The position numbers and the translations under genes were made by a program. The notes beneath the pieces were generated by a model that worked only from the letters and a program-made list of their open reading frames with translations, ran no database searches and had not been told where the DNA came from. Shown one piece after another: positions 12,870 to 27,073 of a stretch of 64,000 nt of DNA. Location: contig CM097882.1 in the NCBI GenBank assembly GCA_044892505.1, positions 75,082,001-75,146,000 of the forward strand, in the 5' to 3' direction. Numbering within the stretch: position 1 is the stretch's first letter; the number at the start of each line of letters is the position of its first letter. This stretch comes from Schmidtea nova (Eukaryota).

Positions 12870-13930
12870 ACTTTTATTGTAACTGATTTAAAACTTCTTC
12901 TGGGGAAATTATTTATATCTCAGTATATATTTCAAATAACTAAACCGTTTAATCTATCTTGAGCTGTGGTATTTCTGAGATAAGCTTTAGTACGACAAAG
13001 TTAAGAAAACGATCTCTCGTTTATGCATGCAGTAACGGGTATTTTAACAAGTATTTTTAGTAAACTGAGGATGTCGGGAAAAATGTTTTTGTCACGAACC
13101 TTCCTTTCAGTTAACGCTATATTAACAAGTTTTGATATTTAAAGTGCATTCTCTAAGATTTCTTTAAACGATTTCTCAGAATGTGTTACATATCATTCAA
13201 TATCTCTACAAAGTATATACATGATTCAATACTGAAACAAATTCGACATCAGCCAATTGTAATATTTTACTTAAAGGAAGAGTGAAAGAGAAGAAAAACT
13301 GTACAATCAATAAAGAAATTAAAAAATTCGTCTGACAAATAGAATTAATAAACAGGAAGACCAATTTCTATCATTCCAGATGCTAATTTCTTTAAGGTTA
13401 TGGTATACAGACTGTAAAAGATCAACCAGAATCATGACTGGTTCTTTGCGTTTGATTCATAACGTTGGTGATATATAAAATATTTTTGTATTCGTTTCTG
13501 GACTAGGTCGTAACCATCCGTTGCAGCGCTTCGTTACTTTTAAGAGCAATAGACAATACATAAAATTGTCCATTGTGCCTAAAGAGTTTCTTACACACTG
13601 TATGTCAATTGCGTTTCCTATGACTAAATTCAAGCTGTGCCTTTAAAAATGACTTTTAGATCAACACTTGTAATCCATTAAATTTACCACTCATCACACC
13701 TGCACTGCCATAACCTTGACAACAAAAATACTGAAAACTAATTCCAAATTTGTTTAAAATTTTAATTAACATATCCACTAACAATTGACTTAGTTTCAGT
13801 CAATGGTACAAATTAGAAGTGGTTATGGTCATTCCATTTCCATTATAATATCTAACACAGAAAATTGATCAATAATCGAAATATCACTTGTTTCATCAAC
13901 CCAAATTGAAAAACATTTCGAAACATTAGC
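12870..13930 (-). pseudogene. Decayed hAT transposase
   Basis: FSIWVDETSDIS, QGYGSAGVMSGKFNG, HSLNLVIG, and dimerisation domain KIPVTACINERSFS..KAYLRNTTAQDRLNGL. Confidence 0.8.
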
Positions 13931-13943
13931 ATTACTCATTAAA

Positions 13944-14397
13944 AGTGCCGGATTTAACTATAGGCTAACTAGTCTACAGCTTAAGGCATCCGTTATTCAA
14001 GTGGCCCCAGAACCGAAATTTGACTTAAAATTGTTTTTATAAAAATCTAAATTTTTTAAATAATTGAAATTCAATAATGAAATTCATAATTTTGAAATTT
14101 TGTAACTACTGTTTGTAATTCTTAAACAAACTATTATTTTAACAACTAATTCTAAAACAAACAAAAACAGGTATTGAAATACTATTTTTTAGATTTTTAT
14201 ACATAGATTTTATTAATATACATTACTAAACGTTATTTATAAATATATTTCTGTAATATTTACTTAATAAAATTATGTATTTTAAGGTGTTATTAGTATG
14301 AATTATATAATCAAACAATTATTACTGAAGATAAAATATTTATAAGGACATAAAGACTAGATTATCCTAAGGCCTCTACAATAGTAAATCCGGCTCT
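13944..14397. mobile_element. Non-autonomous hAT-type MITE
   Basis: Inverted ends AGTGCCGGATTTA / TAAATCCGGCTCT; flanking direct repeat ACTCATTA (13934-13941 and 14398-14405); left junction has 2 extra nt. Confidence 0.65.
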
Positions 14398-14461
14398 ACT
14401 CATTAATTTAGTTAAAATGAATACACCCATAAGTAACTCATTATACCTAAGGTATTTTAAT

Positions 14462-14533
14462 TGAACCGATAAAGTACAGATAAAGTACAGATAAAGTACC
14501 GATAAAGTACAGAGATTGAACCGATAAAGTACC
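14462..14533. repeat. 10-bp minisatellite (GATAAAGTAC[A/C])
   Basis: Four to five adjacent copies. Confidence 0.85.
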
Positions 14534-14543
14534 TAGTTATTAC

Positions 14544-14869
14544 TAGGGTGACCGGAATTATGCATTTATTCTCGTCAATTATGTATTTACTTTCTGAGAA
14601 TTATGCATTTATTTAAATATTATGTATTTATTTTTTTCAATCGTAACTTTTAAATTAAAAATATTTTAAATATAAAAGTCTCTTGCAGTTCTCATATTTT
14701 AATTATTGTATGATGTTTAGTTTTAAAATTTCAATTCACTGGTTATATATTTGACAATAAAAATAAATTTTTACTTAAAAATTTTTACAGCTATATTTTT
14801 AAAAAATTTTTATATTTTACTTTTTTTACTTTTTATATTTAATGCATAATTATGCATTTGGTCACCCTG
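14544..14869. mobile_element. hAT-type MITE (326 bp)
   Basis: TIRs TAGGGTGACC / GGTCACCCTG; perfect 8-bp TSD GTTATTAC (14536-14543, 14870-14877). Confidence 0.9.
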
Positions 14870-15557
14870 GTTATTACAGGTCATAAATCTGTTAAAATCG
14901 TACGGACAAAAAGATTTATGTTCGCCGAATCTGAACTGGTAACAAATAAACGAAAATTCAAGCATGTTTTGAAATTTTTCTCGGGATTTTATTCTTATCA
15001 ATATTAAGAATGTAATCTACGGGATAGTAAAGAGTTAAAATACGAACTAATCTTTATATTAATTTATAATTTTCGTTAAATTATAGAAAGTAATCATATG
15101 TTATATAAATATGTTTGAATTGTAATTTTTTCTTTTACCTCTTGCAGTAATGAATCATCGTTGTAGTTGATTTTTTTAATTATTGTAGCTGTTTAATATA
15201 AAAGTTATCGGGAACATCTCATTTTCAGTAATATTTTTACATATCTACTAGATTTAATTTTAAAATTCGAAATTAAGGATCAAGAATAATTGATAGTAAC
15301 AGATTATCTGAATAACTAATACATATAAGGTCCTTTGAACTCAAACTTAAAGACATGATATCAAAGAATCAATTCCATGTATTAGATGTGAACGAAAATA
15401 AATCAATAAAACAAAAACTAGAAATTTTATGTCTCCAAAATAAATAATGTAATAATTATTTTTCAATATAATATATATGTGTGTGTTAAAAGATGGGCGG
15501 ACAATAAAAATACTAAAATTAAAACATTACACAATAGGGGGGTAATAGGTATAGAAT

Positions 15558-18219
15558 CAGTGATGAGCTGCCAAACATGTTACAACCGGTTCTATAAAAC
15601 CAAAAACTAAAATTCGTTTTATTTTAATAAAATATCATTTTATTTGAATAGATTTTTTTTAAATTATTATAATAATTTCCAAATGATTTCATTATTTTCA
15701 TTAATATTTTTTTGGCGCATTTCGAATCCTGGTATCATCAGCTGAATTATGATTCCTCAACCAAGTTTTGACATATTCTCCAGCATTCCATGATTCAAGT
15801 GTGGTCCAATCATATTAATTCTCATTAAACTAGAAATATGTTCTACTGAAAGATTAGCTCTTCTTTTTTCACAAATAATATTCATTAATGAGAATCCTCG
15901 TTCGGCCTCTGATGAACTTTTAGCAATGGTGTTATTTTATTTTTAGCTTTTTGAATTGTTTCTATTTCAGAGATTTTTCCTTCAATTACATTTTGAACAT
16001 AATCTCTGAAATCATTAATGGGAATTTCGTATCTAATTATTTCATTTAAATTTTTAAATTTTTCTTCTCCAAAAATCCACGGACAAGTAATTTCTTCCAA
16101 ATTCCAATCAGCTTCAAGTAAATTAAATAATTCGGCAATGTCGTTATTTTTTTTCATTTTTTGTCATTCTTATATGTCTACAATTTAACATTCGGGAATT
16201 CATTTATTCAATTATTGTTTCAATAAGTTTTTTTCTTGGGAGACTTTCAAATTTTTTATTTTCCTCAAAAGGAATATCTGCAAATGCAGGTGACGACAAC
16301 ATTTGTTCAACTTTTTTTTTCAAATGTTCTTAAATTTTCTTTCAAATTTCGTTGCCTTTTGAAGGGTAACAAACCTAGCTTGTAATCCTATTGACAAATA
16401 GGACATCTCTTGAAGAATATCGATCATAACCGCTAAATCCTTTATAAAATATTTATTCGCAAGTCGGTTTGCCATACCAAGATATTTGGAATCATCTTAA
16501 AAAATTTGTAGTGGTACATAAGCCCGCCAAACAGCCATAGCAGATCTTAAGCTGCATGCTGCCCATCTTGGGCCTAAGACTCGACCTATTTTAATTATTT
16601 CCACTTCCAAATCTCGTGATATATTTTGTAAGCACAATTGATTTTTATTTGATTGAAGAAAAATTACATAAATTTTATCGATAAATGATTTAAAATGATT
16701 CACTTGCTTTATTTCGTCTATTGCGTCATCCAAAACCAGCTGAAGACGATGGTTTAAGCAATGCCAAACTATTACATAAGGAAATTCTTTTATTAATCTT
16801 GTAGCAACACCTGACTTTTGACCAAGCATTGTACTTGCACCATCAGAACAAAAACCAATCAGATTTTCTTTCAAAAAATCCGTCGAAAGCCATTTGAGTT
16901 TAGTGTTTGCATTAGAATATTAAAAATATGCTCAACGGTTTGGGATTCTAAATGAACTAAGTAAAAAAAAAATATTGGATTTTCTTTTTCCATTTCAAAC
17001 TTCAAAAAAATGACTAGCACCGATTTGCTTGATATAGTTGAGGCTTCATCTATGATTACGCAAATTTTTGAATTGGATGCAATTATTTTTTCAACAATTA
17101 TTTTTTCATTTGTTTTGCTATGTGTTCTGCTATTCTAATTGCACTAAACCTAGAATGAAGCGAAATTCCAAGATCTACCCCATTTTTAACCTAAAGTTCA
17201 ACTTCTGCTTCCATATCTGAAAGCGGTCTATTTCTTTTTATTAAGCTGTAAACAATATTGAATATTTTATTAGTACTAGCCATATTTTTGGGATTATTTG
17301 AATCGATAATTCTGGGTAGTTCATTTTTTTCTTTTTGTTCAAGCATTTTTAAAACCATTAAATGTATTTTTGATTTAAAATGTTCAGACATTTTTTTTCT
17401 TAATGAAGCCTGTTGAATAACTTTTGTTGTTCCATATGGTTGAATTTCAAAATTTTGCCATTGTTGTGGAATGTGAATGTTTTGTTCTTTACAAATACCC
17501 AAATTATCGAACGAGGAGCATTTTAGACATCCAAGCTTTTTATTTTTGACCTCCAAGCCATTATATTTAGCTTGAAATAGCTTTAATTGGTCACCATTCC
17601 AGCAATCTGGAAAATTATTCTCTTTTTCGATATTGGCTGGTAGAATTTTAGAGCAAGATACTGTTGCTGATTCCTGGCTTACGCTTAGAGTTACAGTATT
17701 TGAAATATTTTCCTCTTCTTCTTCATAGTTTTTTTATTATTATTAAAATAATCACGAATATTAGTTTTGCGTTTCATTAAATTTTATTTCCTAAAAGAAT
17801 GGGCTTATTTAGGATATAAAGTAGAAAATATAAATATACTCACAATATATTAATAATTGTTTATAAATAAGATAAAGGGATTCTTGTTTTTCTGGTAAAC
17901 TTTATTTTATTTTTTGTAAAAAATAGTTTTTTAAGCAGCACAAAATTATTACTTCTAAACTTTAATAAAAAAAAGAAAATAATGTTTGCTAATACACACA
18001 TAATAACTTTTTTAGTGAAAGAAATCTCAACGCCAACTTTGCAATGAAAATATTTAAATTTTAAATTTATTTGTTGTTTTTAAATATAGTGTCACCTATT
18101 AATTAGGTATCAACAAAATTAATTTGTTGATTCCTAATTAACAAACGGTTCTATAAACTACAAAAAATTTAACAACCGGTTCTATAGAACCGGTGCGAAC
18201 CGGCTACAGCTCATCACTG
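15558..18219 (-). mobile_element. Full-length hAT DNA transposon with decayed transposase
   Basis: TIR CAGTGATGAGCTG at both ends; 8-bp TSD TATAGAAT; subterminal AACCGGTT repeats. Confidence 0.95.
15667..17777 (-). pseudogene. hAT transposase (ZNF862/KIAA1586-like), fragmented
   Basis: Start MKRKTNIRDYF; motifs [39 protein letters not shown]; pieces at 17191-17556, 16497-16874 and 15885-16157. Confidence 0.85.
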
Positions 18220-19512
18220 TATAGAATTAACATAAATATACAGGAATGATGCAAAATGCCAACAATTCAGAGTACCCATCAACAATTATTTAATAAAAAT
18301 TTGTGATTTGATTACTTTGACAATTATCTTTGTTTTATTTTATGTGATCATCCCTATTGATTTTTATATGAAATTTGACAATCTATATGATTCACTAATC
18401 CTTAAATCGAATTTGATGAATTTTATATAATTAATTTTATTATTATTTATTGATTTTGTTGTTAATTGTTTCTTAACATGACAATAATTTAATTAAATTC
18501 AACGAAATACCGGGTTAGGACCCCCATACATATAATAAATATTAATATAATTAATTAAAAATTATTGTCCTCTAAGGGTTAATTAAAAAATAATTCTCAA
18601 ATTTTTAATGAAACATTGTGTCAAATAATATTAGCACCAAACAGGTTCAAGACTGTTGATTTAGAAATGTAAACTCGAGCTAAAGACACTGATTGTTCAT
18701 TTAGATGGGACGAATTTCACGTTTTTCCTCGAAAAACGTGCACTTGGACAAAAATTAGAGGATTATACATTTCATCAGATAGAAGTAAATGATGATAAAA
18801 ATTATTTTTGACTCTAGTATACTGACAAGAAAAATATTAATTTTGTCAACTTATAGTAATGTATAAAATAATTAATTAAATATTTTTCTAATAAATAGAT
18901 TTTTTTTATTTGAGAATTTATTCAATTTTTTAATAATTTAATCTTATTAATTTAATGATGTGTAGACGCTACTTAAAAATTATTTTATTTTTTATAAATT
19001 ACTAAAAGCATTGAAAATAAATTCTGAAAATAATCATAACAATTTAGTGTTGTATTCTAAATAATACTGAAAAAATCTCAATTTTCATTAGTTTATTTGA
19101 TCAAGAAAAATGAAATAAACATTGATTTTTGAAAAATATGGATCGTGTAAATAATTTGGAAATTTTCGATTTTTAGTAGCACTTAAGTGCTTTTTGTTTG
19201 TATAAGTAAAATGTTCGTTAAGAGCAAATAACAAAAGAAATTTTATCAATTTAAGATTTGTTATTTCTATTAAATGGTGAAAATTTAAATTTGTTAACTC
19301 ACAATGAAAATCATAAAAAGATTTGATTAAAAAAACAAATATTATGATAAGCATTACCACTCAAAGTAAAAAACAACAGGATTTCACTATATAAGTCAGT
19401 CAAACAACCCCATTAAAAATTATTGGACATAGAATTTTTGAGATAATCGTGAAATAACATTGATAATCAACCCGAAATAATTTATAATTTAAGAAACCGA
19501 ATAGTATATAGA

Positions 19513-22500
19513 ATGGTGCAAAATAATGATAATATTAGACATATTTGGCAAAATACAGATGAGGGATGAACCTTAAAAGTTTAATGACTTTTTCGATGAA
19601 ATTACCAAGTATGCAGAAACTTGTGGGTGGACAAGAGATGAATTAAAAAGAAGAATACCGTTATATTTAAAGGGTTATACATTACAAGAATATAATAATT
19701 TAGAGTGTAAGTGTAGAAACTTGAAGATTTAGTCGATAATTTGAGAGGTGAAATAGTAATTGAGCGAGATTTACAAAAGATAAATTTTCAAAAATTTCGA
19801 AATAGATATCAAGGTAACAGAGAAACAATTGGGGAATATGTTTATAAATTTAACCGAATTAGCCCGAAAAGCCTTTGGTGTAGGAGAACATACTACAAGA
19901 TTAATAGAGGATCAATTTTGGAATTTTATTCAGAAACATTTATATAAATCTCTGATAATGGTAAAATACGAGGATTTAAATGAGTTAGTATAAAAAGCAC
20001 GAAGAATTAAAGCCATACAAAGGGATAGATTTAATTCTGCGATTGATGCAGTAGAAATTCAGGAAATTGAAAAAGAAAAAATTAAGGTAATTGATAAAGA
20101 TGATAACATCCCTTGGGAGGAGATGAAACAATTATATCTAAATTATGTTAAGAATAGAAGAAGGACTAGTCCAAGTCCAAATCGTAGTTTAATAACAATA
20201 ATAGATTTAGTAGTCGGAATTTAATGATGGAAATACTTATGTAGAGAACCATAGAAATAATTATTATGATCAAGAAAGTAGGGGTCGAGGAAATTATAAC
20301 AGGAGTAGTCGTTTTGGAAATAATCGTTACGATAATAATCGTTTGTGTTAATCAGAGTTACAGGGCTAATTATTTCGAACATACTCGAACAAATCGATTT
20401 GATGAAAATAGAAATAGTGATAATATAAATAATTTTGAGTGAAATAGAAACAAATTTAGAGAAAGGAGAATGAGCTCTGGTCGACAAACTTTAAATAGAA
20501 ATAGACGACTTAGTCCATTTAATAATGATGAAAAAGATAAAGTTAATTTTCGCGGAGAAATAAGATGTTTTAACTGTCAGAAATATGGCTATATGGCAAA
20601 AGCATGTAAAAATACACGTGTCGAATCACCGAATAGAGTTCAATTTAAGAAGGAGCCTGAAGTTAAGCAAATAAATAGTATGTAGGTTAAAGAATCGAAT
20701 AATGAAATTGAGATGATGAGAGATTAATTACAAGAATATAAAACAAAATATGAGATTAATTAAAAGGAATAAAATCAATGTATCGATAAATGAATTCAAA
20801 AGTTTTACAAATAAAGTTAAGATAGAAAATGAAGAGTTGAGACAACAGAGAGAGAAAGATGAACAATTTTAGCAGAATTAGATAGACAAATTATTTTGAA
20901 ACCTGAATTAGAGGAATCTTTAATAAATTATCTAGTAGATGATAACGAAGTGTTGAGAATATTAAATAAAATTCATGTAGAAGGAATAAATCTGGAGAAT
21001 ATGAGAAATTTGATACCATTATTACTAAAGAAAGCAACACGAATATTTGAATTAGAAGTTGAAATTAAAGGTGTTGAAATGTTATAGTGATTATGTCCGA
21101 AGAAATGAAAGAAATAAGGAACCACTAGAAATTACATTAGAAACATGATAAAGATACGACGAGAATCATTGTTCATAAACAAGGGGTACATGCGTGTTCT
21201 AAGGTAAAAAAATATGAAACAAATAGGCAGAGAAAATTGGTAGAGCGAATTAAGAATAAATGATAAAATAATATTATATTTTTCTGGGATAAAGATGCAA
21301 ACGAAGATTGTTTATTGGGTTACGGGCTAAATGCCAGCGAAGATAATGTGATAACAGTCTCAATAAAAAGAGGCTTAGGGGTAACTTTAGATGAACAGAT
21401 AGTTAATAAGAAAATTTCAAAATCAGGTTTAGATAAAGAAGATAATGAGGATAATGCAAGAGGAGCTATAGGAGATATAATAACCCCAACGTTGGAGGAA
21501 AAGAGACTCCCAAAAGCCGAGAATAATAGTATTGCTGAGAAACTAAAAGAAATTGCAAACAAAACGTCAAAGAAATATAAGGACGTTGACGTTCTAATAG
21601 ATTTAATAAAAATCATGTATCCTAAATTATATGTGGACACAAAAACTCCATAATTTTTATTAATATATAAAAAAATTAAAATTATAGAATCAGAGATAAA
21701 AAATTAATAAAACAGGAAGATGAAGTTCTAGACACCTTATTTGCCACTGGAATCGATGAAAATGAAATTATAACGGCGTACCGTTTTTGTAGAGCAGATA
21801 ATGTTATAAATATGAAACCGAAGGAATTGAGTAAAATAACGAAAAAGATATTTACGAAGTTACAAAATAATGTGATACCATGGAGACATACGAATGGAAG
21901 CTGAAAAATCTCGTAATGAAAATGTTTCAATAGACTTGGACGTAGAACAGCAATATATTGAAGACAGAGAAATTAAAAGAAATCTGAAAAAGATAATAGA
22001 TAAAACAATGAGAAAATTAGGGAAAAGTGATCATAAATTGTTAATGTCTACAATAATAATGATGATAACAATATTATTAAGTATAATAAAAGGATGTACG
22101 GGCATGATAGCATACGACTCAAAATCCAAAATGGGGACAAAATTATTCATTATTAGATATAGAAAACTGTCCAGGAGCAAATCCAATCAATCTAATTACA
22201 ACCGAACCTAAATTTTTTCACGTATATCAGGAATCAGATTTAATACACACCGAAGCGAGAGAATGTATAATTAGATATTCTGAAGAGGCTTTTGTATGCC
22301 ACAGCATAGAACGGATAATCTTAAGGCATTCATTTAATCCGGATACTATTACGGTAACTCCAAAAGAAGGTGAACTTGCATTTAAATAAAAAAAAATAAA
22401 GATACGTGAAATTGAATTAAAAGCACAGATATGTACAAGCGTAAAACAACCAGTTGATGTAGTTGGATGGTCTTCACATGGTGGAGAATAAAAGATATTG

Positions 22501-23450
22501 GGGCATACCATAGAAAATGCTATTGTGATATATATATAGTCGAGCTTAGACAATTTAAAGCATCTTTCAAAAGTATAACACAAAAGATGATGATATATCC
22601 GTTCTGTACATCAAAAGAAATAAGTTGCGATAGCGGAGAATCAATCATGATATATAAAGTCGATTCTTACGAATGTCCTTTGACTAAACTAAAATCACTA
22701 AAATAATGACAATAAAAGGCAGACAATTTACAAACTCAGAATCAACAAAAATAAAAGATAAAAAACGAAAGACAATTGTGGTTCAAGAAAAAGATACAGC
22801 AATGATATACATGGCAGAATCTTCAGGAGAAGCAATGAGATTTATAAACAAATAACTATGTGTTAAATGTAAAAAATCGAAAATGCAGACCAATTATAAG
22901 GGTATATATTTAAGCAAAGATGAAATAAAAGATGCAAAAATAAAAATCAATAAATACGATGTCAAACTTTCATCATACTTTAATAAGAAGATAGATTACT
23001 TTTACCATCACCAACTGATCCAACTAGATAGAGTTTACGAAGAAACTATTATCAATGATTGTAAGCTTAACCGAAAAATCCTAAGGAAAAAGATGGCATT
23101 AGCTATCACGAATCCACACTTAATGGCCAAATTCTCTTCTCAGAACGAGGTGCATTTGCAAGAGTTGAAGGGGAAGTATTACAAACCTGTCAATGTAAAC
23201 CAGTCAGTGTAGCAATAGCTACAAACAAATAATGTACAAACGAAATTATATACCAAAAAAGATAGACAAATGTACAAATTTACTAGATACTTTATATTAA
23301 CTAGATGATGAAACATGGATAACAATGTCAGATAAAAAGGTAGCAATAGCACCCTTTAAACTAGAAATGACAGAATTAGTTAATTTGTCTTTTGAAGAAA
23401 TTCACCACGAATATCACCAAGAAGTCGAGGATAATAGATGGAATTCAAAT
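19513..23450 (+). pseudogene. Decayed relative of the 29680-44890 element: Gag - helical/Ubl - Bcl-2-like - signal peptide - chuvirus-type glycoprotein
   Basis: Gag RRIPLYLKG and FQKFRNRYQGNRETIGEY; knuckle CFNCQKYGYMAKAC; helical module 20896-21087; Ubl tail LLGYGL..ITVSIKRGLG; Bcl-2-like 21719-21904; MIAYD; HVYQESD..RECIIR; TNYKGIYL..NKKIDYFYH..IINDCKLNR. All are collinear with the intact polyprotein. No LTR or pol seen. Confidence 0.85.
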
Positions 23451-25929
23451 TCTAATCCTAAAAAACGTAAATTACATACCACTTGATATGCAAAAATGAA
23501 AGAAAATAGCCCGATTAATAGAAATCTCACAAGTGTAATTGATAATCAAAACAACAAACGAACGGAACGAAATTATGAATCCGATTCCAATGAAACAATT
23601 AACTTTAAAATGATCAAAATTAATGATAGTTTCTCCAGTCGATATGGCCATAGCATAGACGATGAGGTGAATTTATTCTTTTTTGTAAGTAATTATTAAT
23701 CATTACTCGATCTCAGCCTCACAATCTGTAATACCTTTTGTTCAGATTTTTAATGATATTCTAAAGAGAATTTGAAAGTATCTCGACTAACTAGAAATTT
23801 TTATTAAATCACAAATCTTCATTTCATGATTTTTAAATTGCGCACAAATTTTAACAAAGTTGGCTAAATATAAATTTGAGTCATTCCTGGGTTTTAAAAG
23901 TAATTCGATGCCACCAAGTCTCAGTTTGCGAATTAGTGAGAAAACAAAAATTAATTTTGTCTTAATCGTTCAGACATTTATTATTAAAAAAATTTAGTAT
24001 TTTTCAGAATATTTAATCTAGCAGGGCAGGGCAGATAATGTACTAATAAATAAATTAATTTAATTAATTAACAAGTTATCAATCAAACAATTTTAATTAA
24101 TTATTATAATGAACCTAAATAAAATATCATACTACGAAAACGTATATAGGATCAAGTACATTATCATACAATATCATATTGGAATAAACAAAAACTCAAG
24201 TTAAAGTCTCTAAGAGGAGTAAGAAGAGTGGATCAGCCTTCATATATTGCAGAATTTATGTGAAAAGAAATTTATAAAACTATATCTATAATACCTTATA
24301 TGAAGTAATTAGATTATATAATTAAAAAAATAGTTTAGTTGTCATTAGTTTAATTATATTTTTCTATTATTTTTTATTTTATTTAAATTTAGGGCAGATA
24401 ATGTACAAATAGTAAATCAGGGCAGATTGATCCGAATTTCCTTTGAAAAACATTTCGGAGCATCAAAATATTTTAAATCAAATTTCATCAAGTACAATTG
24501 ATAAATTATGTTTTTACCATCTAATAAAAATTGATTTTCGTAGGCATTCATTTCGATTATCAATCGAATAATTAATTATTCTAATTTTTTCAGTTATCAG
24601 TTGTAGAACGCCTCAACTCGATTAATTTTATAAAAACAATCTAATGATTTATCGAAGAATTAGCTATATGTAAGACGATCAGTAAAAGAAAAGGAGATAG
24701 TGAGCACAACAACTATTTATTTTAATTAAAAACTGATTTCAATATATCGATCTAAATTACCGCAACGTAATATATTAGCGACAAGAACTATTGCACAATA
24801 GTGTCGCAGTATTTTCTTGCACACTATAAATTGATCGAAATTTATTATTTTTTTCATTATTTAATATATTTTCTGCAGAATTTCGTAGCTTAACTGAACT
24901 GTAAAAATATTAAATGGGAGTATTTATATTGTAATTTGCATGTTAGTTTAATTATCGATGTATACATTAAATTTAATATATTTCAGAGACATTTAGATGG
25001 ATAATCTCATTGATTATACCAGTACTATCAAGAAAAGCTGTTTCTCAATGAGGTTAAGCGTTGATCAACTTCTCAATGAAGAAGAGAAAGAAATTGCCAA
25101 AAATACCATCAAAAGTAAATCAGTCTACTGATGCTCCATGTGATATACCATCCAAAATTATTACAGGCGCAAACCGCAGCTGATTGGTAACTTTAATGGC
25201 AGATATACATAAGGACGATAGGAGGTCTCAATTTTTTAATAGGTGTTACATGGAAATGCCCAGATATAGTATTTATCATCAGCAATTATCTACACCATAA
25301 TTATTACTTTTGAACTATGACCAAGCACTTTTCATTACGAGTAGCAGCTTCAGTTTTTCAAAATGTAACATTTTTGTAGTGTATCTGTGCGCAAACCCAT
25401 TACATTTTTTGTTTTGGACTATAATGCTATTAATTGGAAGCATTACAAGTTTAAAGCAGGTTATTATTAAAAATTCAGCGTTTATTTTAGTGAAATTTCA
25501 AAATCTTTGAAGATTTCAAAAAAATCATACAATTTATTCTATAATATAGAATCTATAAATAAAAAAACAAATCTAATCAATCGAAAAGTAACTTAACATT
25601 GAATTTTATTCCTTAATTGTTAAATATTTCTAGGTTTAAATACACCCGATCACCAATTTGGTTGTAAATATTGTGACCATTCCTAATAATAATCAAATAA
25701 AATTTCTTTCAAGTGTAACCAGAGCCGGCGCCCGAGGCGCAATCTTGCTTGGGGCGCCATCAAGATTCTTCTACATAAAATTTCGATGTGCGCAACGAAA
25801 TAGAAAGTGTTTTTAAACTACTAATTTAAAATTGTGAAATACAGTGATTGATTTATTTGTGAATTGTGAATGATTAATTGCGGATTATTGTTTGTGATTT
25901 TCTTATTTTTATGAATAGATAAGTCTTTT

Positions 25930-26642
25930 AAATATAAATTGGCAGGAGGCAGCAAATGAATCAGCTGCTAAATTAGAAGTAGCGCCCATTTTTCACAATA
26001 AACGAATCCGAAAAAGAAAGAGATTGTTTGAATATGAGTGCGCTGACGAATTTCCAAATTCAGATGAACCAGATAAATGATTTAAATATCATTTGTTTAA
26101 CGTTATTCTAGAATCTAGACCGTGCTATTAATTCATTGTCAGAAAGATTTGAACAGTTGAATAATTTTAATAACACATGGGGATTTTTAAATAACCTTAA
26201 ACAACTGCCAAATAAAAATGAGTTGAAAAAAGCATGTCATGTTTTAGAAATGGCATTGATTAATGAAGAAAATAAGGACATTAATAGAAGTGATCGCTTT
26301 GTGGAGTAAGATATAGCTGAATCAATATTTCCCAAAAATATAAAACTTCCAATAGAAGCCGCTAAATTTATAAATATTAATAAATTACATCATGTGATGC
26401 CAAATTTGTGGGTTGCTTTGAGAATAATGCTCACAATACCAATTACTATGTATACTGGTGAAAGAAGCTTTAGCAAATTAAAGCTTATTAAAACGTATCT
26501 CCGATCATCAATGGCGCAAGAACGATTAAACTCTTTGGCAATTTTATCAATCGAAAACGACATTGCAAAGAATTTAAATTTAGAATCCGAAATAAAAAGA
26601 TTTGTGGACATAAAGGCTAGAAAAAAGGATTTTTGTAAATAA
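25930..26642 (+). pseudogene. hAT transposase C-terminal third (ZMYM1-like)
   Basis: KRIRKRKRLFEYECADE; PITMYTGERSFSKLKLIKTYLRSSMAQERLNSLAILSIE. Confidence 0.85.
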
Positions 26643-27073
26643 ATTAAAATAATTAATTGAAAATTAAGTATGTACATAGTATTGTTAATTTAAAGTTAAG
26701 TAACTTTGATTAAGGATTTTTTTTATTTTTTAATAAATTATTATTTATTATTATCTTCAATCTTTATGGTTTCTTGTTAATATTCACATAGCTAAATTTT
26801 CTTTTTAATCAAATTGATGGGAAAACAGCAGGATACAGTGTTTTAACATAAATAAATTAATATCAATTAATAACTTTTAGATAACCTTTTATGTTCATTT
26901 GAGGAGTACTATACTCCTTTGAGAGCTGTCATATTCCTCAAATGTTCATACTAAATAAAATTAAAAAATAGTCCTAATAAAAAAATGCTTCTAAATATTC
27001 CTCAAACTCCAATTTCTTCATCATAAAAAATTCTGTATATATATAACTGCCACAAAAAAATGTATAAAAACTT

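Noticed and set aside
18620-18790. Short protein-like frame (ILAPNRFKTVDLEM*TRAKDTDCSFRWDEFHVFP)
   Set aside because: Contains a stop and has no recognisable family or splice signals.
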